From: Lama guanicoe
Taxonomy: Eukaryota
Direction of reading: 5' to 3'
Length of the DNA stretch: 64,000 nucleotides
Assembly (NCBI GenBank): GCA_013239625.1
Contig: MU053802.1
Location: 200,905 to 264,904, forward strand
In this document: in pieces, positions 41,541 to 54,935 of the stretch
Numbering within the stretch: position 1 is the first letter of the stretch
Layout: each line of letters begins with the position of its first letter
The notes under the pieces: model-generated
What the model was told of the DNA's origin: nothing
Databases searched by the model: none
What the model saw: only the letters and a program-made list of their open reading frames with translations
Made by a program: the position numbers and the translations under genes

Positions 41541-43023
41541 GCGCCTCATCTCCCAGAGCCCTGCAGCGAAGGCAGGCTGATTCTGCCCCCAGCCTGCCTG
41601 CCAGGGGAGCCGCCCTTCCCTAGTCAGAGTTAAAAGACTACAGATTAAGGAAGTTTTCACTGGTGTAGTGAGCCAGGGGCCCAGAGGTGCCCACAGCCCC
41701 GTAGGAAACCAGGCTTCTGAGAGTGCAGGGCCTACACCCTGGCTGTGCCTGAGGGACACAGGGCCATTGTCACAGCTGCTGCTAAACCCGCTGGTCAGGG
41801 CTTGGATGGGCCGGTGGGGCCTTCCATGGGCTCAGAGAACAGAGGCCCGGCAGGCTTTCCTTGGCTACCAGTTTTCTCTTGCTTTACACTTAAAAGCCAC
41901 TTGTGTGACATTAAAGCCACATTAGGAAATATATATATTTAAATCATAAAAAAGACAGTGCAGGCCAACCTGAGTGCCCTCCGCACACTAACCAGTTAAT
42001 GCGTGTTGCCTGTGACTAATGTTATAGCCATGTTTCCTTAGAAACTGTCCCATTTTTCTTTCATTTTTTGTAATGATTTTCAGTAGATAATATTGACTAG
42101 TTTTGATATTATATTCAGAAATATGAATCGGACATTAATTGCCAATGCCCTGAGATTGAAAAAAATTTGACTTAAAATTGGGAGAAAATGTACGTGTCCT
42201 GTAGAAGTCAGACATTTGTTCTGTGTGATGCATCTTGGTGACGCTAACCTGACAGACAGGCAGGACAGGTTTGGTGATCTCCAGCACGAGCTTCACCTTC
42301 ATTTCCTCTCCACCACCCCACCCCCTTCTGTCTCATTACTTTTTCTCCTTTGACAGTAGTAGCCTAAGCCTTGAGCCTGCCAATAAGAAGCACTTTCACT
42401 CCAGGGACATCCAGAGAAAGTGCTACCGCATCAGAGACAACAGCATTTACTGCAAATGAGATAGTACTGATTTCGCAGGACACAAGGCCCTGGAGTTACT
42501 GAGAGCCATCCAGACCCTCTGCCTGCAGTTTTGAGCTCACACGGAGCATGGCGTTTTAAGGAACAGACCCATGATTATGCCAGCCACCCCACACACACAC
42601 AGAACACAAAACTTGTGTATCAACATATGTATGTATTTTTCTGGGTTTCAAGAATTCTGCATAATTAAGCTCAGACTACCTGCCAGGCATTAGGCCAGGT
42701 GAGGTGAGATAGTTCAGAGCTTCATTAGATTCACAAATGTCCTTGGTTTTCATCAGACTCTTAATTTTAAAGAGGTTAATAAACCAGAGCATCTAAGCAC
42801 AGATTGCCATTGATCTCACTGTCTGATTCCCTCTTTAGCTCAAGCCAGGTGCTGAGCTGGGTCTAGGCTTTGCTTTGCCTCAGCCTGGTCTTCTGGAAAC
42901 ACCTAGTCTCTACCTCCTTGCTTACAGAGAGTTCCAGAAACAAGCCTGTCTACCCACTGTGGCTCCATCCAGTTTCCTCACCACAGAAAGATGGGCCAAA
43001 AACAGAAAAAAAGAAGGTACAAA

Positions 43024-43547
43024 TGTCACCAAGTCCAAACTCAAGTCTGCTCACTGCAAAAAAGCCAGTAAATTAGGAGACAGGGTCTTGAGGCAATGAA
43101 CAGTTACTTTATTTAGAAAGCCATTCAGAAAGCTGGCAGACCAAGAAGATGGCAGATTAAGGTCCTGGAGAACCATCTTCCCCAAGTCAGAATTCAGGCT
43201 CCTTTCCTACTTGCTTGGTTGTTGCAAACTTCTTGACATAAGAATTCTTTGTTCTTGGAATCCTGTGTTCTTGCAGCTGTCCACGTAGGTCAGATCATGG
43301 TGCCCCTGTAAACTTCCAACAAAAGAAATGTTATTTTGTATTCTGCAACTTGTTATCTTTATGTGAATGGAAATGTGTTAATGTCCTTAAAAGTCAGAGC
43401 CTTGGGAACAGGCTCTCCTCTATATTTCAGGCTATTGGCAGCATACCACAAAAGGAGCTGGCAAGACTGAGCCTAGAAAACAGAGCACAGGGTTAAAGTC
43501 AAAGGAACAGATCTAATATGGAGTCGGGTTTGTTCTTTTTTATCACA
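43024..43547 (-). mobile_element. Solo LTR, ERV1-type
   Basis: TG...CA termini (minus strand starts TGTGATAAAAAAGAACAAACCCGACTCCATATTAG), a 4-bp TSD CAAA on both sides, and AATAAA on the minus strand near 43110. Confidence 0.85.
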
Positions 43548-43912
43548 CAAACATCCCCCCTGGCCTTTCCATCCCTGATGTGCAAAATCAGGACGTGGTT
43601 TTTCCTGCAGTCACTCGCCCACTTACCCCTGTGAAATGCAGTACATTATACTGCCAGGCTCGTTGGCTTTGGGAAGTTCTGCAACTTTTTTGTTTACTAA
43701 GCATTTGGAGCATTTTGGAAACAGTTGTTTTCAGCTAGCAAATTGTCCTCTGAGAAAATTGAAAGTTTGAAAAAGGTTTTAAAGCTTACTCAAAAACTGA
43801 AGAAATGTCAAGACTAAAAATATTTAAAGGATGTATCTTTCATGAGCACATATGCTAATGTTATATAGGTCCTGCTGACTTAACTACAATGTAACTTTCT
43901 ATTTATAAAAAG

Positions 43913-44020
43913 GAAAATGAAAAATTGTATAATCAAGTGAAAGATCTCCATGAACAATAAAAATGAAGAGTGAATGTTCAAGGAAAACCAGAGCTTATTC
44001 AGCAAATTAGCATCCTGAAA
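43913..44020 (+). pseudogene. CEP162: CEP162 exon F
   Basis: Reads ENEKLYNQVKDLHEQ, then a deletion and stop, with MFKENQSLFSKLAS in a shifted frame. Donor gtaagt. Confidence 0.9.
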
Positions 44021-44357
44021 GTAAGTCCTTTTTAAATTCTTAAAATCAAATCAATTCTTTCTAAGCATTTTATTGTTATATTAACAATATTTAGTTATAC
44101 TTGGAAATTTTAAAAATTTTACATTGATTTTCAGTTTTGTAACTTTCATGTTTTTAGTTTTCAGTGGATTTTCTTTTGGCGTTAGACAACTAATACATAC
44201 TTCAGTATTTTCAGCATATTCATATTTGAATTTGACATCAGTCTCAGGAAATTGAACAGCCCTCTTGATCCGTCATTAAGCCTGGGACATTTATGTAATG
44301 CATCTCAGTAATGATGCTTTTAGTAATAATAGTAAAATAAATATACAGTATCATTTA

Positions 44358-44780
44358 CTGTCTTAGGTCAGGTTCCAAACAAGTAGAGCCTGAGCTGGGG
44401 GTCCTTGTGGAGGTGATTTCCTGCAGGATAACTCTCAGGAGAAGGGGAGCAAGAGATGCAAGGTGGGGGTGGGCAGGGGGAGGGAGGGCAAGTGAGACCT
44501 TGGTCTCAGCCAGAGGCTGGCGTCATTCTTCCCTCACCAGGAAGCTCAGGAGAGCAGACTGCACCCCAGAGTTGGTCCCCAAATGAGGCAAGTGGGGCAA
44601 AGCCATCTGTGCCCCCCAGCCAGTCAGTCCCTGGCTGAAGTGTGCTCTAGGAAGTGGGTGGGGGTATCTCTAGGCCGGGGGGCAGGGGCTGCCATTTGGT
44701 GAGGATGTTTCTCCAGAGGAGGGGAGCCTCAGTGGTGAGAACCAGCACTCACTGTGGCGGGCTGGCAGAGCTCACACTGT
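44358..44780. mobile_element. Probable MaLR (MLT-like) LTR remnant
   Basis: Starts TGTCTTAGGTCAGGTTCC...AGAGCCTGAG, with a GC-rich body typical of MLT/LTR16-like elements. Confidence 0.5.
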
Positions 44781-47204
44781 AAGGGATTTTGGATGTTACT
44801 ACACCCACCTTTAACATGTTAAGTGAAGGAGCTGAACCAACAGCCGTGGGCAAGCTAGGGTCCTGCCTTCTTTTAAGAAGTGACTAACCATTTCACCAAA
44901 ACATGCAAATAGGACTGCTGTCAGAAGAAACTTCTTTGGCTGTGAATGTCATGTATGTTACACATATTCACATACTTCTTCCATTTTTCTGTAAGATAAC
45001 TTAGGGCACTGAGGCAGGGCTGCTGTTAGATCACACTGATCTTTCATGCAAAATAGAAAAAGACACACATTGTACAGACAAAGCTAGAAAGTACACAGGT
45101 TGGCAAGGGAAAAAATCTCCTTTCCCTAGGCCAAGGCTAATCTGCCTAGTTCTGAAGCATGATGATTTACATCTGCTTTCTTCCCAAATGCTTCAGTAAA
45201 GTTTCAAAATTTCACATCTTATATTGCCTGTTTTTTAAAAGGGAAGATCTATTCCAGGGTCCAAAACTGGAGCTCTAAATAATTTTCACAATGAAATAAA
45301 TGATTTTTTTAGTACATTGGCGTTAGATGATCATATATGGAGTCCTAACGTCCTTTTATAATGTCTCTGGAAAAATAGAAAAATTGATTCTAAGGTTCAG
45401 GTAGTGGACTGTATATGGTTGGTTAGTTTCCATGTGTCTGACTGGCAGTGTGTGCTTCTCAGAAGGGAGTCTATAATGACATGACAGGGGGCAGAGACCC
45501 CACAGGAAAATGCAGCAAATCTTTGTAGGACATTGATTTGTTTTTTCCTCTGAGAATTGGCAGGAAGTATTTTTATATTCCTAATAAGCCAACACTCTGA
45601 GGGTTTGCATTCTTTTAGATCCCACATCAGTGTTTCCCTTAGAGTGTACTCCTCACTTAGTGATTTGCTCTTTACAGAAAACAAACTTTTTATCTTCAGT
45701 GACACAGAGTTCCACTGTGAGTTAGTTTTGAATTTTTAAGAACTGAGTATTTTGTATTGAAAGGAGTAAGGACCAGAGTGGTGGACAATCAGGTCAGAGA
45801 GGTGGCCAGAGGCCCCTGAGTGTGTCTCACAGTAAAATCTTGAAGAACCGCAGTAACTCTCGTGAAATGACATCCATAGAAGGTCACACAGAAGATTCAA
45901 CAATGAAATGATGAAGCCAAAACCCATGATAATACAGGGCTTTATGGATGGATTTATTTTCTTTGTAAGGCTGGATTTTAAGGTAGTGTGATACAAAATT
46001 TCTGACAATTTTTATTTTGAAACTGAACTGTACCAACTGTCCTGCCATGAATCCGAGAATTCCTTCAGCAGTTCTGAGTTGAGTCCCATGTTCATTTACT
46101 GAGCAACTGCCCTCTGCTTAGTGCCGTCAGGTAACCAGGTGGTGACATCAGTCTCGGTCCCCACAGAGCTTGCAGCTTGTTAAAGAGAAAAGGCCTGCAC
46201 ACAGGTCAGGGTCATGGAAAACAAAGCACTGAGTGCTGTGCTGGAGGGACATGGAAGGTTCGTGGGCGTGTGGGGAGAGGTTACCAGGAAGAGCCGCACT
46301 TGAACTCAGTCTTGAAGGATAAGTGTGACTCTGTGAAGCAGAGGAATGAGGATATTGAGAGTTGTGTGGAATGTTGGGCCAAGCCTTTTTTTTTCCCTGC
46401 ATTTGTGACACAAAGGTGAGCAAAATCAAGTTTTGCTTTCAAGTAAATATATACAGTGTCAGGTGCTGATGAGTGTTTTGAGAAGAAAATAAAGCAGCAC
46501 ACCTGGTGGCCAGGTTGGGGGCTGCCATTTTAGAAAGAGGGATCAGGGAAGGCCTTCCTGGGGCCGCACCTGAGCAGAAGCCCTGAGCCAGTGCGGGAGC
46601 GAGACACCCGGCTCTGGGGGGCAGAGCTGCAGGCAGGGGAAGCAGTCAGTGCAAACACCCTGGGGTAGGAGTGTACTGAGCATGTTCCCAGCCAACCAGG
46701 AGGTCTCTGCAGCCGGAGTGGAGCAGGAGGGGGAAGATTTGTGGGACATGCGTCAGAGGAGCAGGCAACACTGGGTTGTGCGACACTGAAGGTCATAGTA
46801 ATAAGGACTTCAGATTTACCCTAACACAGGGGAGCCACAAGAGAGTTTCAGATGAAGGAGTGATATTAATGGAATCTTCAAAACAATTCACCTCTTCTTG
46901 TGTGGAGGGCGGACTGCAGGTGCTGGGAGTGGAAGAGGCGGGCTAGTTAGGGGGTCGTCGTCATCCGGGAGCAGTGAGAGCAGCGGTGGGGAGGGCCCCG
47001 CTGCTGTACTGGGCACATGCTCAGATCTGGCTCCCGCGGGCTCCGGGACGCTCGTCATCATTTGGAGGGGGCGGGGTAAAATCAGAGTTGAAATTTTGGA
47101 AAGATGACCAGCAGCAGAATAGGATGAATTGGGTAAAAGAGAGCCTATATCGCAATCTGTCGTGATTAGGAATAAGTTGCTTTTGTATTTCTAGGAATAT
47201 CAAG

Positions 47205-47330
47205 AAAGAGAAAACAGGTTTATTGGAAGACCTCAAAAGACTGAAGCAAGACAAGCAAGCTCTTGAAGCAGACTTGGGAAAAACGAAGAAAGAGAGAGAC
47301 CAAGCCAGAGAGCAGGTGCCCGCACCACAG
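47205..47330 (+). pseudogene. CEP162: CEP162 exon G
   Basis: Reads KEKTGLLEDLKRLKQDKQALEADLGKTKKERDQAREQV. The expected donor GT reads GG (cag|ggagca). Confidence 0.9.
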
Positions 47331-48345
47331 GGAGCACACCGAGCTGGGATGAGTACTTTATACTTGTAACTGTGCTGAACTTGAGTGTAAGTTATAGCAA
47401 CTAATATAAGCAAAACGCTATTCCTAGAAGTATATTGTTATTTTAGGTACTTTTGAAAATTAGTTATTAAGAGGTATGTACATTTGATTGGTTTCAGCAG
47501 CAATAAATGCAAGAGTTGAAGAAACTCAAAAATTATTTTGAATTCCTGGCATTGTGTGTGCAGTTGTTTGCAGTCCTCCCAGCTGGACCGCGACCTTCCA
47601 GGGCCGGACTCCCTTTTTATCCCTGGGCCTGAAACATAAGCTCTCAAGTGTTTGACAAGTGAACAGGTGTTTGTAGAAAACAAGAGGGTGAATATGGCGT
47701 TCCCCACCGGGGAAAACAAAGGAGGAGTAAGGTAAGAATGCAGAAAAGTTTAATATTTAAAAAAAAAATTAGAAATAAACAGGAGGTTCCTGGTAGGGGT
47801 TTCAGGGAGAAGAAGCGTTTGAGCTGGGTCCTGGCAGGTGGAGGGCCTCAGGAGGAGAGGAGGGAGGCTGCGCAGCTGTGTCTCGTGGGCGTGTCACTGA
47901 GCGCACCTGTCCTGGGCCGCAGGCGGGCAAGGCACGGGGCCGGAAAGGTCGATCAGAGGAGCACTTATTGCCAAATGAAGGCTCTTTTCTCTGTGATTTT
48001 ATGATCTTCAGTGTAAGATACGTACAAAAAAATTCACTAACATGTTCGTAAGAAATGTACTCTCCTCTTCTGCAAAATACAGTAATAATCATTGCTCCCA
48101 TCATGTGTTTGTCGTGTTAAGTAAAATCATACAAACTTTGAGAATTCAGACTGTGAACACAACCTTCTTTTACTAACACACGGCACTGTGCACAAACTTG
48201 CTACATCCATTGTTTGTTTTTGCCCCTTATATTTTCATGATGCTTTCATTAAATAGGCATTGGTTTTCATGTGAAATCTTTTAATTTAGTTATTTCCATA
48301 TTTTGAAAAATTACATTCAGGTTATTGAGTTACTTTATCTTATAG

Positions 48346-48503
48346 GTGAAAAATTATATGAAATAAAAATTTTGGAAGAAACACATAAGAAATGAGTGGC
48401 CTGCAGAAAAGATTACAGCAGTGTGCTGAAAACCAGGAGCTTCTGGGTAATGATACAGTTCAGCTTAAGAAAGCAACAGAATAAACAGAAGCTGACACCT
48501 GAG
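48346..48503 (+). pseudogene. CEP162: CEP162 exon H
   Basis: Reads GEKLYEIKILEETH, then after a shift EMSGLQKRLQQCAENQELL. Boundaries tatag / gtgata. Confidence 0.92.
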
Positions 48504-48673
48504 GTGATAATGGTTCTGGAACATGCTCCTGTAGATGAACACTGTTCACCAAAATAGTCAGCTCGGAGACTTGTGTCACTGAACCAGTGCTCTAAATGCT
48601 GTTAATTAAAACAGCTCATTTGGGTTTGGCTTGCTTTACTTTGTTAAGTCTGATTTAGATTAGACTGAGAATA

Positions 48674-48986
48674 CAGTCCACTGTCCATATCTAGAGGCCC
48701 GCTATCCAGCAGATTGAACGAACTGTGGATGGAAAATATACAGAAAAAAATGGAAAGTTTCAAAAAGCAATACTTGAATTGGCCACAGGCTGGCAACTAC
48801 TTACATACTATTCACGTTGCCTCGATACTGTGAGTAATCTAGAGAGGATTTAAAGTACACGGGTGGGAGCACGTAAGATCCGTGCAAGTCTTCTGAAATT
48901 TTATAAAAGAGGTGTCAGAATCCAAGGATGTTGGCATCAGGGGGAAGTCCTGGAACCAGTGGCCTAAGGTTACCAAGGGATGACTG
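48674..48986. mobile_element. TcMar-Tigger MITE (MER2/Tigger3-like), copy 1
   Basis: (TA)CAGTC... and ...GGGATGACTG termini, with internal AAAAAGCAATACTTGAATT, GTAATCTAGAGAGGATTTAAAGTA and TCCTGGAACCA. Confidence 0.75.
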
Positions 48987-49194
48987 GAAGCTCAGGCTCC
49001 TGATCCTAGCCTGGCACGTACCAATGTGCTCTGAATACTGCCTGTACCACAATGCCCTGGTGACTCTCCTCCAGCCCTGCCAGAATGCCCTCTTCTTCTG
49101 GAAGAGACCAAGCTCACTGCACTTCATGTCTGACCTCTAGAAATACCTATTATATTCTGAGCATGGCTCTCCTTCAATAAGAAGGGATGCATTG

Positions 49195-49840
49195 CCACTA
49201 CAGAAGACAGGATGGAGGTTCCTTAAAAAACTAAAAATGCACTTAACATATGATCCAGCCTTCCCACGCCTGGGGATAGGACAGGAGAAAACTCTAATTC
49301 AAGAAGTCACATGCACCTCAATGCTCACAGCAGCCCTATTTATAATAGCCCAGATGTGGAACCAACCCAAACGCCGATCGGCTGGTGACTGGATAAAAAA
49401 GTAGTGGTCTACTTATGCCATGGAATACTACTCAGCCATGAAAAAGGATAAAAGAATGCCATTTGCGGCCACATGGATGAACACAGAGATAGTCATCCTG
49501 AGTGAACTAAGCCAGAAGAAAGAAAAATGTCATATGATACCACTACCATGCGGAATCAAAAAACAGACAGAAATGAACTTAACAACAAAAGAACAACAGA
49601 CCCACAGACATAGAGAAACAAACTTATGGTTACCAGGGAGAGAAGGGGGTGGGAAGGGGAAAATATGGGAATTGGAAAATGGCCCCTCTTGGGGAGTGAT
49701 GGAAATGGTAGCTATCTTGATGGTGGTGATGGTTTTCTGGGTGTAGACATCTATGAAATTTCATCAAATACTACACGTGAGATGTGTCTAATATACGGAA
49801 CAGAAATTGTACCACAATAAAAGTGTTATAAAAAAAAAAG
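49195..49840 (+). mobile_element. L1 3' fragment, copy 1 of duplicated module
   Basis: Encodes WRFLKKLK...YDPA...CTSMLTAALFIIA...MEYYSAMKK, with AATAAA and polyA. Near-TSD AAGAAGGGATGCATTG / AAGATGGGCTGCATTG. Confidence 0.88.
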
Positions 49841-51345
49841 ATGGGCTGCATTGTGTCCTATGTTTCTATGTGTCTTCAGGGAGGCCTCAAGAGGGCAGTG
49901 CTGGCCTTCCTGCCAACATGATGATATGAAGCCCGAACAATCCATCGATGGGGAGAAGGTAAGAGCCATGGTCACATCTGGACCCCAAGCTTAGACATGG
50001 TGATTGGGTGACATTTATAGACAATCCCGCGAGGTTCCGGCCAGAGCTAGAGGCCGGAACAGCAAACTGGCAGTGGCACTAAGGAGCATGGTGGCGCAGA
50101 GGCTGGACTGGGGGCCCGCAGGCTCCTCCCAGGAGGAGCCTCAGTGTTTGGGAGGTGGCTAACGTGCCTGCTTCATGTCACCAGCAAGTGATGCCACCTG
50201 TGGAAAATCAGCTGGACTCCTGAGCCGGGTCAGCCCTGGGAGATGCGGTAAAGGCTCCTAGCAGAGGGGGTGCCAGACGGACAGTGAACCAAGCAACAGG
50301 CTTCTGAGTTTGGGGCCTGTGTTTATCGTGCTTTCCGTGTCTCACTGCATCTCAGTGTCACCCGGAGGAATTGGGGCTGTGTTTAGAGGCTGATGGCCTC
50401 TGGATTCCTCATTAGCCTGGTAAGGCCCCCAGCCCTCTCAGGCCAGACCTTGGCAAGCGCCTTCCCTTGTTCTAACAAAAGCCTTCCCACCCTTGCCTGT
50501 GGTGAGCTTTTGTTTTCTTAATTGATGGGAAGGAATATACCTTACAGCCTCCTCAAGCCCTTCCTTAGGGCTTCTGCCCTTAGGCCCCGGCAAGGGGGCC
50601 AAACCACCACCCCCCGCTGCCCTGGGCCCTGCAATACAGAAGGTCCCCCTGGCCCTGACACTCCCTCAGGCCATGCCCTCCACGGGGTGGAGTCAGCAGG
50701 GCCAAGGGGACACGCCCATTGGCTCCACCCCATGCTCCAGACACCCAGGACCCTGAATACCCTGCCCCAGCAGCCCCTTACCCACCTCTAGTGTCTGCAC
50801 CTGCCCTCCCCAGAGTTCAGCTTCCCAGGACTCACACAGAGGCCAACGGGCAGCTGTTGGCATGGAGGGTATGGATAAAGCCCGGATGTGAGTTCTGAGT
50901 GTCCCCCTGTGCACATCCAAGGCCCCTTGGGGCATGGGATGGACCCAGCATTGGGAAGAAAAGGTCCAGGCTAGTGGTCAGAGACTGGGAATCGGCTCTC
51001 CCCACACTGTCGCTTTCTTTGCGGGACTCCCTTGAGTCTGGGAATTCTAAAGCTGAGCCTGGCCTTCCCCCTTATAATGAATGTGTGTTTGTAAAGCCAG
51101 GAGTGTAGAACCTACTGCACTTAAAATGTTGACATATATAGGATGGGAATTCCCAGGAATTCTCTGGCCCTGCACTTCCAAAGGTTCAGAGCAGTTATGT
51201 TGGCTCTGCTGAGACTGCAAGAGGCAAAGACCATCTCCAGAGGGGAGGGGCTACTGCTTCATGCTCCGAAGTCAGGAGCTTCTGAGCGGATGAAACAATG
51301 GACACTGAGACCCTCGATTGTAAGTTGGTTTAGAATGACGCAAAG

Positions 51346-51556
51346 GTGTTTGTGACGTGAGTTGCGTGCGCGCTCGCGTGCACCTCGGCAAGTGTGTGGC
51401 ACGTGACAGTGACTTTGCGTGTGTGTGCGCGCCTGAGGACGTGTGTGGTTGTGTGTATGTTATGGGTGTGTGTGTGGCACATGACTCCGTGTGTGTGCGT
51501 GGGGATGTATGTGGAGCAGAGGCAGTGTGTCTGCACGTGTGTTTGTGTGTTTGTGC
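51346..51556 (+). repeat. Degenerate (TG/CG)n low-complexity tract
   Basis: Alternating purine-pyrimidine runs (GTGTGTGCGCGC...). Confidence 0.8.
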
Positions 51557-52156
51557 TTGCATTAGTTTTAACAGTAGCAGAAGCTGTCCTTTAGAAGTCT
51601 GAAGTAGTAAATATTGTATGGTGTCCCTCACTGTATAATTCAAAATGAAAATAATCTTCAATCACCAGAAATGTAGTCCTCATCCCGATTCTGATTTTTT
51701 CACCCATATTGATTATGTCTTCATTTTACTGATGAGGAAACTAGCTTAGTGATGTTAACTGACTCACCCAAGGGCATGGAGCTCGCGAGCCCAGGGCCAG
51801 GACGCAGTGCAAGCGGCGCGGCTCCAGAGGCCTGGAGCCCCGCTCCCGACCGCACGTGGCCTCTTGGCCGGGGGAACAGATTCTGATGGGCCGGGGCCAG
51901 CGTGCTGGCTGCCCAAGCCGCGGACTCTGGAAGTCTTGTGGAGAGTACCAGACAGCACACGAGGGTAAAGGGCTGCTCAGAAATCACATAGGTTCCTAGA
52001 TCTTCGATGAGTAAGGAGGCTCACTGCTCAGCCTCGATCCCTTTGCTGGTGGCTAAAAGGGACCAAGGCCCACGAGAGCGCTTCTGGGAGCTGCCTGCCA
52101 AAACCTGGAACAGGACTGCTCAGGACTGGCTATGCAGCAGGAGCAGAGGGAAGCAT

Positions 52157-52175
52157 TGTCGCCACCTGGTGGACA
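52157..52175 (-). promoter_or_regulatory. Candidate CTCF site
   Basis: The minus strand TGTCCACCAGGTGGCGACA matches the CCASYAGRKGGCR core. Motif match only. Confidence 0.5.
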
Positions 52176-53555
52176 TCCTGGGTAGTGGCAGTGGGAGGCC
52201 TAGCACCCCTGGTATGGAGGTGGCAGGACGAGGTCCTAGGGGATGATCGTTTTCACATGTCTTAAAAATCATTGCTTGATATACTTTATCCATCTTGGGG
52301 TTTATTCTAGGATGTTAAATATGGTCTGTATTACTCCTTCTTAGCTGGATTTATGAATTTTTTTTGAGGTTTCTTCTCAATGATTTGGAAGCTATATTGC
52401 CTTTTAATGAAAATTCTCTCTAAATTTTTATAAATCATCTCTAAGTTCATAACTCTATATGTAATTGGACCAGTATTGCTATAAGAGTCTCAAAAGTGAA
52501 ATCATCTATTAGATCTTGATTCTCAATCATGATACATTTAGCATATTTTACCTCTCTGCTCTTCCCAATTGTGTGTGTGTGTGCACGTGCACTACACTTA
52601 CTGCTTTTTAGACAGTTGCTTTAAGTTTGTTACATTCACAATGAAACTACAGGTATAAACATCTTGGATTTCATTGCTCGCTACCACTACTTAATCCCAT
52701 GTGTTTCCCACTTTTGAGTTATTTACTTCTTTCCCAATCAAATGGAGACATGATTGGCTAATTTTTTTCGAGTGGTGGACTAGGAAGCCTTCCCTGACTA
52801 TACACAGCTTTATGTGCTTGCCATATCTCGGCTTCATTGAGAAGCATGTTTTTACTGTTTCTCGGACGGGCTTCCACTTTGAACCACTAAACCATCACCG
52901 CACTCTTTCGGTCCATGCTTATTCCTGAACAAGTGAGCTCTCTACTGGAGTAAAGATGCTTCCCGTCAGAGATGTGTGGCTTCCTGTCCCGAGGTCCAAA
53001 AGAAGAGAAAAGGAAAGATTCCTGGTTCCGATGGTTCCATTTTGTCAGCTGAGAGATCTAGTTATCCGTGTGGCTGCGGTGGAATCTGCAATATCTTGCC
53101 TCAGAGTTCCCTTTTTCTGGCTCACTAGGGGAGCCGCATTAGCTGGGGTCAGGGCGCTCTGGCCCTTGTCAGGGTCCCAGTGCTGAGGCAGCCCCTCCCC
53201 CCACCCCCACTCCTTGTTGTTTTGATCGTGCAAACTGGGTGCCAGCCCTGCGAACCCGGCACCTGGCAGCCAATATTGCCCCCCCACCGTGCAACGTGTC
53301 CCCAGTTCCTCGGCGTCCCTCACTGCTACCAGCTAGCTCCAGGAAGGGTGCGAGCTGGCTTCCACTGCCGTCCTTCCTCCTTCCTGTCCAGGCGGGCCCT
53401 CCTTTTGTGCTTGTTGGCCAGAAACCTCGTCTCCTGCACTGCATACGCTGAAGAAATTCCTCAGCGTTTCCAGACGCTAGAGGGCTCTCTTCTCCTCTCT
53501 TTGGTCCCCTTCAGCGCTTACAGTGGAAACTTAGGCGGTGGGAAGTGCTTGGGGG

Positions 53556-54935
53556 TTCTCCGTATCTAGCGGCTCCCTATCCAACAGATTCATCTAAGTG
53601 TGAATTTAAAATATTCGGGAAAAAACAGAAAGTTTTAAAAAGCAACCCTTGAATTTACCATACCCTGGCAACTACTTTCATAGCATTGATGTTGTATTGG
53701 ATACCGTGAGTAATCTAGATATGATTTGAAGTACACAGGAGGTCACAGCGAAAGAGAATATGACAACGAATGTATGTGTATGTTCGTGTATAACTGAAAA
53801 ATTGTGCTGTACACTGGAATTTAATGCAACATTGTAAAATGTCTATAACTCGATAAAAAAATTTTGTATATATATATATGTATATATATATATAAAACTA
53901 CATGGGATTGTGCATATGAGTTCCATGCAAGTCCTATGACATTTTGCACAAAAGGCGTCAGGATCCATGGATGTTGACGTCTGGGGGAATTCCTGGAACC
54001 AGTGTCCCGTGGTTACAAATGGATGCCTGGAAGTCCAGGCTCCTTATCCCAGTCTGTCATTTACCCATGTGGTCTGAATCCTGCCTCTACCTCAGTCTCC
54101 CTGTCACTCTCCTCCAGCCCTGCCAGACTGCCCTCTGATTCTTGAACAGGCCTCACTCACTGAGCTTCATGTCTGGCCCCTAGAAATACCCGTTACTTTC
54201 TGAGCATGGCTCTGCTTTAATAAAGCGGGCTGCACTGTGACTTGAGAACACAGTGTAGTGATTCCTTTAAAACTGAAAATGGACATAACTCATGATCCAG
54301 CCTTCCCACTCCCAGGCATATGTCAGGAGAAAACTCTAATTCAAAAAGTCACATGCACCTCAATGTTCACAGCAGCACTATTTATAAAAGCCAGGACATG
54401 GCAGCAACTGAAATGTCCATCGACAAGTGACTGGATAAAGAAGTAGTAGTATATTTAGACAAAGGAATCCTACTCAGCCATTAAAAAGAACAAAATAATG
54501 CCATTTGCAGCAACATGGATGGACATAGAGATAGTCATTCTAAGTGAAGAAAGCCAGAAAAAGAGAAAAATGTCATATGATATCACTTATATGTGAAATC
54601 TAAAATAAGACACAAATGAACTTAACTACGAAAGAGAAACAGACCCATAGACATAGAGAAACAAATTTTCGGTTACCAGGGAGAGAAGGGGATGAGAAGG
54701 GATAAAGATGGGAATTCGAAAAGTGCCCCTCTTGGGGAGTGATGGAAATGTTAGCTATCTTGATGGTGGTGATGATTTTCTGGATGTAGACATCAATCAA
54801 ATTCATCAAATAGTAAATGTGAAATATGTGTAATTTACTGTACAGGAATCATACCACAATAAAGGTGCCTGTAAAAAAAAAAAAGAAAAGATTGGCGACA
54901 TTGTGTCCTACGTTTTTATGTGTCTTCAGTGAGTG
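53556..54935 (+). repeat. Second copy of the Tigger-MITE + unique spacer + L1 3' module, paralogous to 48680-49885
   Basis: Same order and shared non-repeat spacers (CTCTCCTCCAGCCCTGCCAGA, CTTCATGTCTG..CTAGAAATACC, CTGAGCATGGCTCT, CATTGTGTCCTA.GTTT.TATGTGTCTTCAG). An extra L1 3' end with (TA)n is inserted at ~53742-53895. Confidence 0.9.

Larger units (their letters stand above)
30977..48503 (+). pseudogene. CEP162: Unprocessed internal fragment of CEP162 (KIAA1009/QN1), pseudogenised
   Basis: Eight colinear exons match the central part of human CEP162 (SEKVAERKETEF... to ...IEKLKLE). Each carries a frameshift, stop or splice lesion. Confidence 0.93.
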
